Assembly: GCF_902713615.1 (NCBI RefSeq)
Contig: NC_052157.1
Coordinates: 37,009,203-37,073,202 of the forward strand
Source of the DNA: Scyliorhinus canicula
Lineage: Eukaryota
Reading direction: 5' to 3'
Length of the DNA: 64,000 bases
Position 1 is the stretch's first letter. The number at the start of each line of letters is the position of its first letter. Below, one piece after another: positions 51,286 through 63,088 of the stretch. The notes beneath the pieces were generated by a model. The model saw only the letters and a list, made by a program, of their open reading frames with translations, searched no databases and was not told the DNA's origin. The position numbers and the translations under genes are program-made.

Positions 51286-51856
51286 GTGGCGGGAATCTCG
51301 CCACTCCGATCAGCGAGGCCCCTGCGGTGATTCTCCGGCCCGGATGGGCCGAAGTCCTGCCGCTGGGAGGCCTCTACCGCTGCCGAGGTTTGAACCACCT
51401 CTGTAACGGCGGGGTCAGCGGCGCGAGCGGGCCCCGGGGTCCTGGGGGGGGCGGGGGGCGATCGAACCCCGGGGGGTGCCCCCACGGTGGCCTGGCCCAC
51501 GATCGGGGCCCCCCGCTCAGACTGCGGGCCAGTGCCCTGGGTGCACTCTTTCTCCTTCCGCGGCCGCCACGGCCTCCGCCATGGCGGAAGCGGAAGAGAA
51601 ACCCACATCGCGCATGCGCCGGTGGTGACGTCAGCGGCAGCTGGCCTCTGACGTCACTGCCGGCGCATGCGCCGACGGGCGAAAGCCTTTCGGCCAGCCG
51701 GGGGCGCCGGTTTTTTGTGCCAGTCTTCTGGTGCTAAACGCTCCGGCGCGGGGCTGGCCCCTTCCCCACCTTTGGGGAGGACCGACGCCTGAGTGGTTGG
51801 CACCACTCCCCTACGCCGGGACCCTCCGTCACGCCTGGTAGGGGAGAATCCAGCCC
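51286..51856. mobile_element. Harbinger-type MITE, left end deleted
   Basis: Homologous to 63089-63794; right TIR GGAGAATCCAGCCC. Confidence 0.85.
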
Positions 51857-53404
51857 CATAAACCTCCTAATTTAAAGCTGAGAAAGCCAAATACATCAAG
51901 TGGGTTTTTCCTGCCATTTCTTGCCGTAGTCGACTTCTCCTCCACCCCATAGCAGGTTCCCCAGTGGCACGACAGGCGAGCCATGCAAAACGCCATGGAC
52001 AGAGGTGGCATTGGAGGAGCCTGTTGGCGAGAGGAGGTGGCAGTGGTGGTGTAATCCGGCACTATGTCTGGCAGCCTGTACCCCCTCCTTCAGAAAATTC
52101 ACATTTTTTGACTTTTCAGTGAATTTTTCAATATTTTGGAGCCCACTGGAAAGTTACAGATATGAAAAACATACAAATGGAAAAAGATGCAGGGGTTTCC
52201 ATGCATCTGTACAGGGTCGTTACCTTTACTGATAAACCAATTCCAGATGTATCACGTTAACTGGGGAATTAAAAGTTTTGTGCAACATGGGCCGACAGTA
52301 ACCCCAACCACCAACGCATTCTACATTGACAAAGGGAAGTGGGCCGTTATATCCATTGCCGTCCTGGACTCCATGGCAGCCCGAGGGCGACCAAAGGAAA
52401 GCTAATGTTTAATTTTAGAAGACTCTGGGATGATCGTGGAGGATTGACATATCTCCCCTGCCAGCAAGGAAGGAGGCCTGAAATTGGATCTGACAGAGGG
52501 CTGAACTGCCTACGGGAGGCACAACAGCCACTGGCAATTCACCCAGAGAATATCGATGAGGTCCTAGCTGGCCTCTGGTCCCCCTGGATTCAAGTGCGCA
52601 TTGAGGCTGCGTTATCCTGCCTGAAACTGTGACGCATGGTATGAATTTCTACCCCACACAGAGAGAGAGAGGGGGGGGGGGGGAAATGGGCAATAAGTCA
52701 TAAAGTGTGAAGAGAAGATGACAGGAGTAAGTATGTACAATATTTTAAAAATGTTGTCCATCGTCCAGCACTCTGGGAGATCTGCTCAATCAAAAGGCAT
52801 TGTGAATGCGGGCTTGTTCATGCATTCAGTGTAGAACTCAACTGTAGACAATAAACATTTCAAAATGGTCGCCCCGCAAACCTGTGCCATGTACATTTAA
52901 CAAGGGACATGCACACTGATAGTTATTTTAAGTGCTCTGTCACAGTTTTATAATCAGATAACTATTATGAATAGATTATAACGTGCAGCATACTATGATA
53001 ATTAACTTCATTGGTTCAAATAATGCTTTCTAATTTGTTTTGAACCTGTGTTTAAATATTTGTCACTGAGTATTTTTCTTTGACTTATTTTTGGATCAGT
53101 AAACATCACAGGCTAACAAGTAACTAAATTCATTTCTCTTGAAAACATTTTGACCTCAGCCTGACTCCTTTGATTGAAAACCACTTCCCCATTTTTCCTT
53201 AACTGGGTTTAGAAACAGAACTCCTAACTATTGGGAAAAATGTTGACATGTATATGGGCCTTTCATGGCCGTCGACATCCAAACCTCTTTCCAGCCAATG
53301 AAGAATTTTTGGAAGTTTAGCCACTGTCGCAAGGCAGAAAATGCAATAGCCATTTATCACCACACAGCAGGAACCCAGAAACTGAGGATGGATTCTATTT
53401 TGTT

Positions 53405-53575
53405 AATTTTTTTTTTCCCCAATTAAGGGGCAGTTTAACGTGGCCAATCCATCTTTGGGTTTTGGGGGTGAGACTCACTGAGACACGGGGAGAATGTGTA
53501 AACTCCACACAGATCGAGCCCAGGCCCCCGGCACCGTGAGGCAGCAGTGCTAACCACTGGGCCACCATGCCGCCC
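53405..53575 (-). mobile_element. tRNA-derived SINE, short form
   Basis: Reverse-complement head and tail. Confidence 0.8.
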
Positions 53576-53906
53576 AGAAGCTCAATTCGGACAAGTGTTT
53601 TTTCAATGATATTGACGGATAAATTTCAATTACCTCGCATGTGGGGCTTGGAGTTGGGGGCATTTAATTGGGTGGAAGGGTACATGTGGGGGCCCAGCTC
53701 CATTCCTGCTTTTGCCTGAATTAAACCTGGGAGAGGAAAGCTTGTGGATGCAATTCGTGCTCTGCCACCAATTGAGGGCTGTTAAGTGACCAATTAGTGT
53801 TCACTCAAGCGCCTCATCCCATTGTTGCTGGTATTCATTGTTATGTATCATAGTAACACTGTTGACTGGTGTAATGTCACGTGTTACACAATGGCATGCA
53901 TAATGA

Positions 53907-54200
53907 CGGCACGGTGGCACAGTGGTTAGCATTGCTGCCTCACAGCACCAGGGATTTGGGTTCAATGGTGACTTTGTGTGTGGAGTTTGCACATTCTCCC
54001 TGTGTCTGTGTGGGTTTCCTCCGGGTTCTCTGGTTTCCTCCCACAGTCCAAAGATGTGCGGGTTAGGTGGTTTGGCCATGATCAATGCATGGGGATAGGG
54101 TGGAGGAGTGGGCCTAGGTAGATTGCTTTTTTGGAAGCTAGGTGCAGACTTGATGGGTTGAATGGCCTCCTTCCTAGGGATTCTATGGGTTCTATTCTAT
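53907..54200 (+). mobile_element. tRNA-derived SINE, long form
   Basis: Head, body and tail. Confidence 0.85.
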
Positions 54201-54954
54201 GGATATCATCCTGAATTTTGCAGGCTTTTGTGGAGTTCACCATTGTACCTGTTTGAGTCGTGTCTTGTAAACAAACCCCTTGCACTATGTTATACAAACT
54301 TGACCTTTGCCACCACTGATTCTTCCTTTTTGCAGCTACAACAAAGCAAAATCACCGTTGTGGCAAGTCAAACAACTCTCAAGTAAATACTTGGACAGCG
54401 TAGAGTGTAGCAGGCATCGGCGAATCATCTGGTCAATCGTACTGCACCTAACTATAAGGCTGAAGCCTTTACACATATTGCTTTGTAACAAATAAGCTTG
54501 GCTGTTGAAAGATTGTGAGGGTATTAACCAAAATGTCAAAATAAATGACAGGAATCAGAGGTATTAGTCCATTATTACCCAAAACTGAAGCTGCAGCTTA
54601 CTTGTGACACATCACCCTCTGGGGTTGGAGCAGTAGTCTCGCAAATAATGTCTTCAGGTGAAGAGTGACCATTGGTGTATGCTTTCAGGACATTGACAAG
54701 CATTGAGTCCAACTGTGTTCAACTTGAGAAAGAAGCTCTCAGCATTATTGTTGATATTTAAAGGTTCCACGAGTATTTATTTAGCCATTAATTTACGATA
54801 TTGACAAAACCCGACCTTACCAGGTATCTTGAGTTGACAGTACAACATGGAGTATTGTTGTGGAGTATCAGAGTAATAATAATAATAATCTTCATTATTG
54901 TCACAAGTAGGCTTACATTTACACTGCAATGAAATTACTGTGAAAATCATGTGT

Positions 54955-56504
54955 CTATGAAGTAGAATCCTGGAACAGCTGCATGAGGGCCATCCCGGTG
55001 TAGTTAGAATGAATGAGTTGACAAGAAGCTACTTCTGGTGGCCCAGGTTCGATGCCCAAATAGAGGAGAAGGTGGGGTTATGGCAATGCTGTGCACATTG
55101 AGAAAGGTACCTCCTCTACAACCTTTACATCCACGGGAATGGCCTACCACACCTCGCAAAGAATATATGTCTATTTGCGGGACCCGTTGAAGGCACATGT
55201 TTTGGGTCATGGTTGACGGCATTCCAAGTGTCATCGTGAAATTGACAATTAAGGAGCAAACTATAGAAAGGTTTGGGAGGTATTTGCTATATTCGGGACA
55301 CATGAACAACCCATGAGTTATAACGGTACTCAGCTCACATCAGCCGAATTCGAAGACCACCTGAAGGTGTGTGGAATTTGCCATATCAAATCTGCCCCCT
55401 ACCATCCAGCCACCAATGACTAGCTGGACGTTTTGTACAATCACTCAAGCATGCAGTGATGGTTTTGAAGGATAAAGGCTCTCTACTTTAATGTGTCAGC
55501 TTTATAATAACATACAGAAACACTGTGCACTCCACAACACAAAGCTCACTGACTATCCTGAAGGTCAAAAGGAAACAATCCACACAGTTCGATCTTTTGA
55601 CTCACCTTTCAACTTCAGAGATTGTCAAGTAACAACATCAAACCCAAGTAGCTAGAAGGAAACAACATTCCAAAAGCAGAGTCTTTGACCGTTGGGAATG
55701 TGTTCTTGCGAGTAATTACACCTCAGGTGAAAAATGGCCTCCAGCAATTGTATTGACCAAAACGGGTCCAATTTCATAAACTGTACAATCTGATGTTTTC
55801 ACCACAGAGAGTATGGACAATGACATGCCCAACTTGAGGACTGCAACTGCCAAAATTACAGAATCTATTACAACAGAATTATCCACACAACCAGAGATAG
55901 TTCCTGAGCTGGTTTCACCACACGAGCCCTCCCAAGGATCATGGACCACAAGGAATCCTGGTAAAGGCCTGCCGCTGCCACATTAGTGTCTGATAGGCAA
56001 TTAATAAGCCAGTCCTTCCCCAAAGGAGGCGACGGTAGGCTCTTGCAAACTCACCAGCCAGACGTAACACTGACAAGTATACAGGAAGACACTCCTAGTA
56101 CCCGTAAGAGCCAAGCTCCTGAATGTCATGCTCTGTCAAAATGAAACAGAAGTCCACCCAAGAGACTGTCTTACTAATGTACATATGTATCCGTAATGTA
56201 GCAAGGTTAGTTATTGCAGAATGTATTGGATCTGTATTAAAGCTTTTGATTCAGTAAAAATGCCAGGGCCATTAAAGGAGTGAAGAGGAAGGAGCGTTAT
56301 GTGTCAGAGTAACACCATTGGCTGATGTAAGGCCGTATGTTACGCAATGATGTAATCAGAGCATTTAGCAGGCTTTTGTGGAGTTTACCATTCTACCCCG
56401 TTAGAGCAGCACCTTATAAATAAACTTGTTGCACTCTGTCATATGAACTAGACATGTGCCACCTCTGAATCTTTCTCATTGTAGCTACATCAAAGAACAC
56501 AACA
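54955..56504 (+). mobile_element. Old Gypsy remnant: integrase, PPT and 3' LTR (56295-56504); related LTR fragment at 54201-54354
   Basis: RILEQLHEGHPGVVRM..RSYFWWP, HPREWP, HIKSAPYHPATN; purine tract GAAGAGGAAGGAG before the LTR; LTR ends AACA. Confidence 0.8.
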
Positions 56505-57091
56505 TTCACCCAGTGGCGGGAGGGGGAGTTGCCATGCAGGAAGACCAAAAGGCAAACCCTGGTTTGTTGAATGCAGGCTCTCAGGTGGTGGGGGGAGGAA
56601 CCTGGTTCAAAGGCACTTAGTGCCTGATTGAAGGAGCCACTATGAGGAAGGTGGGCCTCACTGAGAGAAACTACCACTTGCCTTGCTACCCACCCTCTCC
56701 CACAAACCCCACTCTGCCACCCTTATCTTACCCTCACTCACCTTTGGCCTGATGACCCTCACTGGTTCTAGGCCTCTTCCTGGGTGTATTGCCGGCAGCA
56801 GCCCCTGCTCCCACTGGCACTGCCTGAAATGGACAGCTGCCGATCTCTGATTGATCCGCAACTCTTTGGGAGTGGAATTCCCGGCCTTGGGTTCCCTTTT
56901 CCGTGGAAGGCCTTCCGTATTATGTACCTATCAGGCACTTTAGTGGACAACACGAGCCCTCCCGAGGATCATGGACCACAAGGAATCCTGGTAAAGGCCT
57001 GCCGCTGCCACATTAGTGTCTGATAGGCAATTAATAAGCCAGTCCTTCCCCAAAGGAGGTGACGGTAGGCTCTTGCAAGCTCACCAGCCAG
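55920..57091 (+). repeat. 142-bp direct repeat (55920-56061 and 56950-57091)
   Basis: Identical except three transitions, by manual comparison. Confidence 0.95.
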
Positions 57092-57929
57092 TAATTCTGA
57101 TCCATGTCGCCCATGTTAAATACCACCCTTTAACTCCACTGCTTCTCCTCGAAATGTTGCCATGGGATCATTTGACTTCACCTGAAAAGGCAGACCTGAT
57201 TTTGATTTAATGTCTCACCTGAAAGGTAGGCCCTTCACTGATGTTAGGATGACCAGACTTCCTGGTTTTGCCAGGACAGTCCTTGATTTTCATCACACCT
57301 CCTGCCAATTTTCTCAAAATGGCTGAAATGTCTCAGTTTTTAGACTGGCCATCTATTCTGCAATAGCAGATCAATTTTGAATTGAATTTAAGTTTACGCA
57401 TGCAACATATATCTGCCTCTTTGCACTACAGTTGGTGCCGTTTATATGAGATTTGCCCAAAAGTCGGTGCAGTTTGCTTCAAATGTGCCTCACAGTCAGC
57501 TCAGTTTGCGTCAGATTTGCCCCACACTGGGTGCAGGTTGTGTTAGATTTTCCCCACTTGCGTTGCAGATAGATTCTCCCCACAGTTGAAGCAGTTTACG
57601 GACATAAAAGCCATAAGAAGTAATAACGGGAGTAGGCCGTCCGATCCCTCGAGCCTGTTCCGCCAAAATTACCAAACCATCTTTCCTCACGTCCACTTTC
57701 CTGCCTTTTCCCAGTGTCCCTGGGTTCCCTTACTCATCACGCATCTATCTACCTCAACCTTAAATATGCACAAGGACTCTGCCCCCACAGCTCTCTGTGG
57801 TAAGGAGTTCCAAAGACTCAAAACCCTCTGAGAGAAGAAAATCCTCCTCATCTCAGTCTTAAATTGGCACCGCTTTATTCTGACACTATGCCCTCTGGTC
57901 CTAGACTCTCTCATGAAGGGAAACATCCT

Positions 57930-58654
57930 GGGCGAAATTCTCCGACCCCCCGCATGGTCGGAGAATCGCCTGGGGCCGTCGAAAATCCCGCCCCTGCCGT
58001 GGCAGAAATTCTCCACCACCCGGGAATTGGCGGGGGCGGGAATCACCCCCCCCCCCGCCGATCGGCGAGCCCCCTGCGGTGATTCTCCGGCCCGCGATGG
58101 GCCGAAGTCCCGCCGCTGGGAGCTCTCTCCCATCGCCGTGGTTTGAACCACCTCTGGTGGCGGCGGGAACGGCGGCACGAGCGGGCCCCCGGGGTCCTGG
58201 GGGGGGCGATCGGACCCCAGGGGTGCCCCCACGGTGGTCAGGCATGGTCACGATCGGGGCCCACCGATCGGCCGGCGGACCAGTGCCGTGGGGGCACTCT
58301 TTTTCTTCCGCCGCCGCCACAGCCTCCACCATGGCGGAGGCGGAAGAGAATCCCCCAGCGCGCATGCGCCGGTGGTGACGTCAGCGACAGCTGACGTACC
58401 GGCGCATGCGTGAACCGGCGAAGGCCTTTCGGCCAGCCCCAGCGCCAGGCGGCAAAGGCTGCTGAAGCCGGTTTGGGTGGCAGTCGGCGTGGTGCCAACA
58501 GCTCCGGCGCGGGCCTAGCCCCTCAATGTGAGGGCTTGGCCCCTAAAGGTGCGGAGAATTCCGCACCTTTGGGGAGGCCCGACGCCGGAGTGGTTGGCGC
58601 CACTCCGCTACGCCGGGGCCCCCCGGCCCCCCCGGGTAGGGGAGAATTGCGCCC
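57930..58654. mobile_element. Harbinger-type MITE inside CR1
   Basis: TIRs GGGCGAAATTCTCC / GGAGAATTGCGCCC, TSD CCT; removing it restores CR1 GGAAACATCCTCTC. Confidence 0.92.
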
Positions 58655-59548
58655 CCTCTCAGAATTTACCCATCAAGCCCTTTAAGAATCTTATATGTTT
58701 TAATGAGATCACCTGTCATTCTTCTAAATTCCAATTAGTAGAGTCCCAACCTGTCTAACCCTTGCTCATAAGCCAATCCCTCCATACCGTGGATCATCCA
58801 AATTAACCTTCTCTGAACTGCCTCCAAAGAAATTTTATCTTTTCTTAAATAAGGGGACCAAAACTGCTCACAGTACTGCAGACGTACAAAGTACGCCAGT
58901 ACCTTGTACAGTTGCAGCAAGACTTCCCTACTCTTATACTCCAACCCCTTTGAAATAAGAGTCAACATTCCTTTTGTCTCCCTGATGACCTGCTGCATAT
59001 TTGTGCTTGCTTTCTGTGTTTTATGCACAGAAAACCCCAAGTCCCTTTGTGTTGAAGTTTTCTGCAGTTTATCTCCATTTTAAATAACACTCTGTTCTTT
59101 TGTTCTCCCTTCCAAACTGAACAGCTTCACATTTTCCCAAATTATACTCCATGTACCAGCTTTTTGCCAATTACTTAACCTATCAATATCTCTTTGCAAA
59201 CTGTTTGTATCCCTCTCTTGCCTGTCCATCTATTTTTGTACCATCTGCAAATTTGACTGCAGTACATTTGCTTCCTTCTTCCAAGTCATTAATATATATT
59301 GTAAACAGTTGCGGTCAGAGTACTAATCCCTGTGGAACTCTACTAGTTACGGTTACCAACCTGAAAAATAACCCTTTATCCCCACTTGCTGTTTCCTACT
59401 CATTAGCCAATTCTCTCGCCATGGCAATACAATACCTCTTACACCATGGGCTATTTCCTTATGACTTAACCTTTTGTGAGGTACCTTGTTGAATGCCTTC
59501 TGGAAGTCCAAATATAACACATCTACTGGTTACCCTCTATCCACTCTG

Positions 59549-59700
59549 ATGTGGAGATGCCTGCATTGGACTGGTGTGAGCGCAGTAAGTCTTACACCAG
59601 GTTAAATTCCAACAGGTTTGTTTCGAATCATTAGTTTTTGGAGCACCCGAGGAAGGAGCAGTTGGCGATGGACTTTAACCTGGTGCTGTAAGACTTCTTA
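59549..59700. mobile_element. Palindromic mini-element, Penelope-like (inferred), inside CR1
   Basis: 14-bp TSD CTCTATCCACTCTG (59535-59548 / 59701-59714); inverted arms 59588-59611 / 59669-59695. Confidence 0.75.
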
Positions 59701-60004
59701 CTCTATCCACTCTGGTTGAGACCTCCTCAAAAACTCTAATAAATTGGTCAAAAACGATTTCTATTTCATGAAGTCATGCTGACTCTGCTTGATTAGATTT
59801 TGATTTTCCAAATGTGCTGCTATTACTTCCTTCACAATTGATTCCAACATTTTTCTTTTTTTAAAAAATAATCTTTATTGTCACAAGTAGGCTTACATTA
59901 ACACTGCAATGAAGCTACTGTGAAAAGCCCCAAGTCGCCACATTCCGGCACCTGTTCGGGTTCACAGAGGGAGAATTCAGAATCTCCAATTCACCCAACA
60001 GCAT

Positions 60005-61429
60005 GGGTGTGATTCTCCCAAGGGGAGACTATGGGCGTGATTCTCCCAGAGAGGGAGAAATCGTAAGGCTGGCGTCAAATCCGGGCGGGTTTGACGCCAG
60101 CCTCCCCCTCCCCGACCGGGAACCGATTCTGGTCCCCGGTCGGGGCTAGCATGCCGCCGCCGTAAACTCCGGCATCGCGGGCTTAACGAATTTCGTTAAG
60201 CCCGCTTACCAGAGTTTGTGCCGGCTGACGCATCACATGACGTCAGCCGCGCATGCGCGGATTGGAAGACTCCAACCCACGCATGCGCGGATGATGTCAT
60301 CGCGCATTTGCGCGAAACCCGCGCATGCGCGGGCCAGGATGCCCCTCAGCCGCCCCGCGAAGTGATACAGCGGGGCGGCGGAAGGACAAAGAGTGGGAAT
60401 CGGACCCGCTGCCCACGATCGGTGCCCACCGATCGCGGGCCCATGGCACCCTTGGCACTGCCGTGGTACTGCCGTGCCAATCGGTGCCATGGTTTTAAAA
60501 ATCGGCACTTTACGGCCGTTTTTACGAACGGCCAGACCAGGTGTGTTTGCCGTTCGTAAAAACAGCCGTAAAGGGCTTGGAACTCGGCCCATCGGCCAGC
60601 TGAGAATCGCTGCTGGCCGTAAAAAAGCAGCGGCAGCGATTCGTATCAGGAGTCGGGCGTGGGGGGGGGGGAGAATAGCGGGAGGGCGTCAGACTAGCGT
60701 GGCCGTAAAATTTTACGAACCCCGCTATTCTCCGCACCGTCGTGAGTGCGGAGAATTGCGCCCTAAGTGCCGACGCCAGAGTGAAACCCGGAGTGTTTCA
60801 CTCCGGCGTCGGAGGCCACTCCTCGCCCCCTATTCTCCCCCCCGGGAGGCTAGGAGTAGAGTTGCGAAAAAACTCGGCCGCCGGGCCTTGACGCTTGCGC
60901 CGGCGCCAAGGTGACGTCAGCCGCGCATGCGCAGGTTGGCCGGCTCCAACTCGCGCATGCGCGGTTGCCGTCTTCCCCTCCGCTGCCCCCGCAAGACATG
61001 GCGGCTTGATCTTGTGGGGCGGCGGAGGGAAAAGAGTGCATCTCTTAGAGACGCCGGCCCGACGATCAGTGGGCACCGATCGAGGGCCAGTCACCTCACG
61101 AGCACGCCCGCGGTGCTCGATCCTCCCTCCGCCCACCACAGGCCCCACACTTACCTGTCACGCGCTGTTCACGACGGCAGCGACCAGGTGTGGTTGACGG
61201 CGGCGTGAACCGGTCGGGTTCATCAGGCCGCTCGGCCCATCTGGGCCGGAGAATCGGCGGTTGCCGTGAAAAACGGCGAGCTGCAATTCTCCAAGCGGTG
61301 TGTCGAAAAACGCGACACGCCATTTTTGGGGGGGTGGGAGAATCGCGGGGGGTGCCAGGTGTCGTGTCATGATTCGCCCGGCCCTCCCGCGATTCTCCCA
61401 CCCGGCGTGGGGAGCGGAGAATCGCGCCC
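60005..61429. mobile_element. Harbinger-type MITE (outer)
   Basis: TIRs GGGTGTGATTCTCC / GGAGAATCGCGCCC, TSD CAT. Confidence 0.9.
60033..60763. mobile_element. Harbinger-type MITE (inner, nested)
   Basis: TIRs GGGCGTGATTCTCC / GGAGAATTGCGCCC, flanks TAT/TAA; inverted copy of 12567-13303. Confidence 0.9.
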
Positions 61430-62337
61430 CATATCTTTCGGGACTTGTGGGAGGAAACCTACGCAGGCATGGGGAGAACGTGCACACTCGGCACAACCTC
61501 CAACAATAGATGTTCGGCAAATCTGCCTATAGTTACTCACTTTTTGCCTCCCTTCCTTTTTGAATAGGGCTGCCACAGTGGCAGTTTTCCAATCCTTCGG
61601 TACTTCTCCAGAATCCATGGATTTTTATAAAATTACAATCAATGCATCCGCTATCTCTGCAGCTACTTCTTTCCAAATCCAAGGATGCAAGCCATCAGGG
61701 CCAGGGGACTTATCTGCCTTTAGCCCCATTAGATTGTTTAATAGTACTTCCCTCGTGATAGTGATGATATTTAATTGCTCCCCTGTATTCTTTAGTATTA
61801 ATGGAATGTTCGAAGTATCATCTACCATAAAGATTGATGCAAAATACCTGTTTAACTCTTCTGATATTTCTCTCTTCCCCATAACTATCTCCCCAGATTC
61901 ATTTTCTAAAGGGCCTATGTTCACTTTGACTTCTCTCTTTTTTCTATATTTAAAGAAACTCTGATTGTCAGTTTTTATATTCCTCGCAACTTTGCCTCAT
62001 AGTTTATTTTCTCTCTATTATCCTTTCACTCCTCTCGTGGATTTTGAATTTATCCCAGTCTTCGGAGTATCACTGACTTTTGCTTCCTGAAATTATTTTT
62101 TCCTTCAACTTAATATTCTTGGTTAGCTATGGTCGGTTTATCCCTCTCTTAGAATCTTTCTTCTTTACTGGGGTATATTTTTGCCGAGAGTCATGAATTA
62201 CCTCTTTAAAATGTCTGCCACTGCTTATTTACTGTCTTTCCTGCTAATCTATCCACCTAGTCCACTTTAGCTAACTCTGTCCTCATTTCATTGTATTTCA
62301 TCTTTATTTAAGTTAAACACAGTTTTTTCTGACCTGA

Positions 62338-63066
62338 GGGCGCGATTCTCCGCTGCCCACGACGGGTCGGAGAATAGCGGGAGGGCCTTCCCGACATTTT
62401 TCCCGACCTCCCGCTATTCTCCCCCCCCCACCCCCACGGCCAACCCACAACACGAATCGCTGCTTGCCGTTTTTTACGGCGAACAGCGATTCTCCCCTGG
62501 CCGATGGGCCGAGTTCCCAGGCCTTTACGGCCGTTTTCACGAACGCAAACACACCTGCTCTCACCGTTGGTGAAAACGGCCGCAAAGTGCCGTCCCGGAC
62601 AACCATCGCACCGATTGGCACGGCCGTGGTGCGGCCGTGCCAAGGGTGGCGTGGGCCTGCGATCGGTGGGCACCAATCACGGGCAGTGGGTCCGATACCC
62701 GCGCACTCTTTGTTCCTCCGCCGCCCTGCAGGTTCAGTCCGCGGGGCGGCTGAGGGGCATGACGGCCCGCGCATGCACGGGTTTGACGCATATGTGTGAT
62801 GACGTCACCACGCATGCACGGGTTGGAGCTGTCCAACCCGCGCATGCGCAGCTGACGTCATCGTGCGCGTCAGCTGCCGTGACGGTTGGCGCGCGGGCTT
62901 AGCGACGGTCGCGAAGCCCACAATGCCGTTCTTCACGGGGCCGCGCTGCTAGCCCCAACCGGGGGGGGAGAATCGGGTCCCGGGAGGGTGCGCAGAAGCT
63001 GCCGTGAAACACGGCCAGTTTCACAGCAGCCTTTACGACTCTCCGCATTTGCGGAGAATCGCGCCC
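62338..63066. mobile_element. Harbinger-type MITE
   Basis: Perfect 14-bp TIRs GGGCGCGATTCTCC / GGAGAATCGCGCCC; flanks TGA/ACA do not match. Confidence 0.88.
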
Positions 63067-63088
63067 ACAGTAAAAAGTATTGTTAACA

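Larger units (their letters stand above)
59860..61500 (-). mobile_element. SINE (third tail variant) split by a MITE
   Basis: AACAG-CAT [MITE] CAT-ATCTTTCGGGACTTGTGGG rejoins to match the intact copy at ~38638. Confidence 0.88.
57605..62337 (-). mobile_element. CR1 LINE (RT to 3' end) with multiple nested insertions
   Basis: KSPGPDGLHP, VPKDWKTA..LFKKEGRQKVSNYR, GLEYKSREVLLQLYK..YCEQFWSPY, RTRGHSVRI..FKTEMRR.FFSQRV..LWNSLP. Confidence 0.93.
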
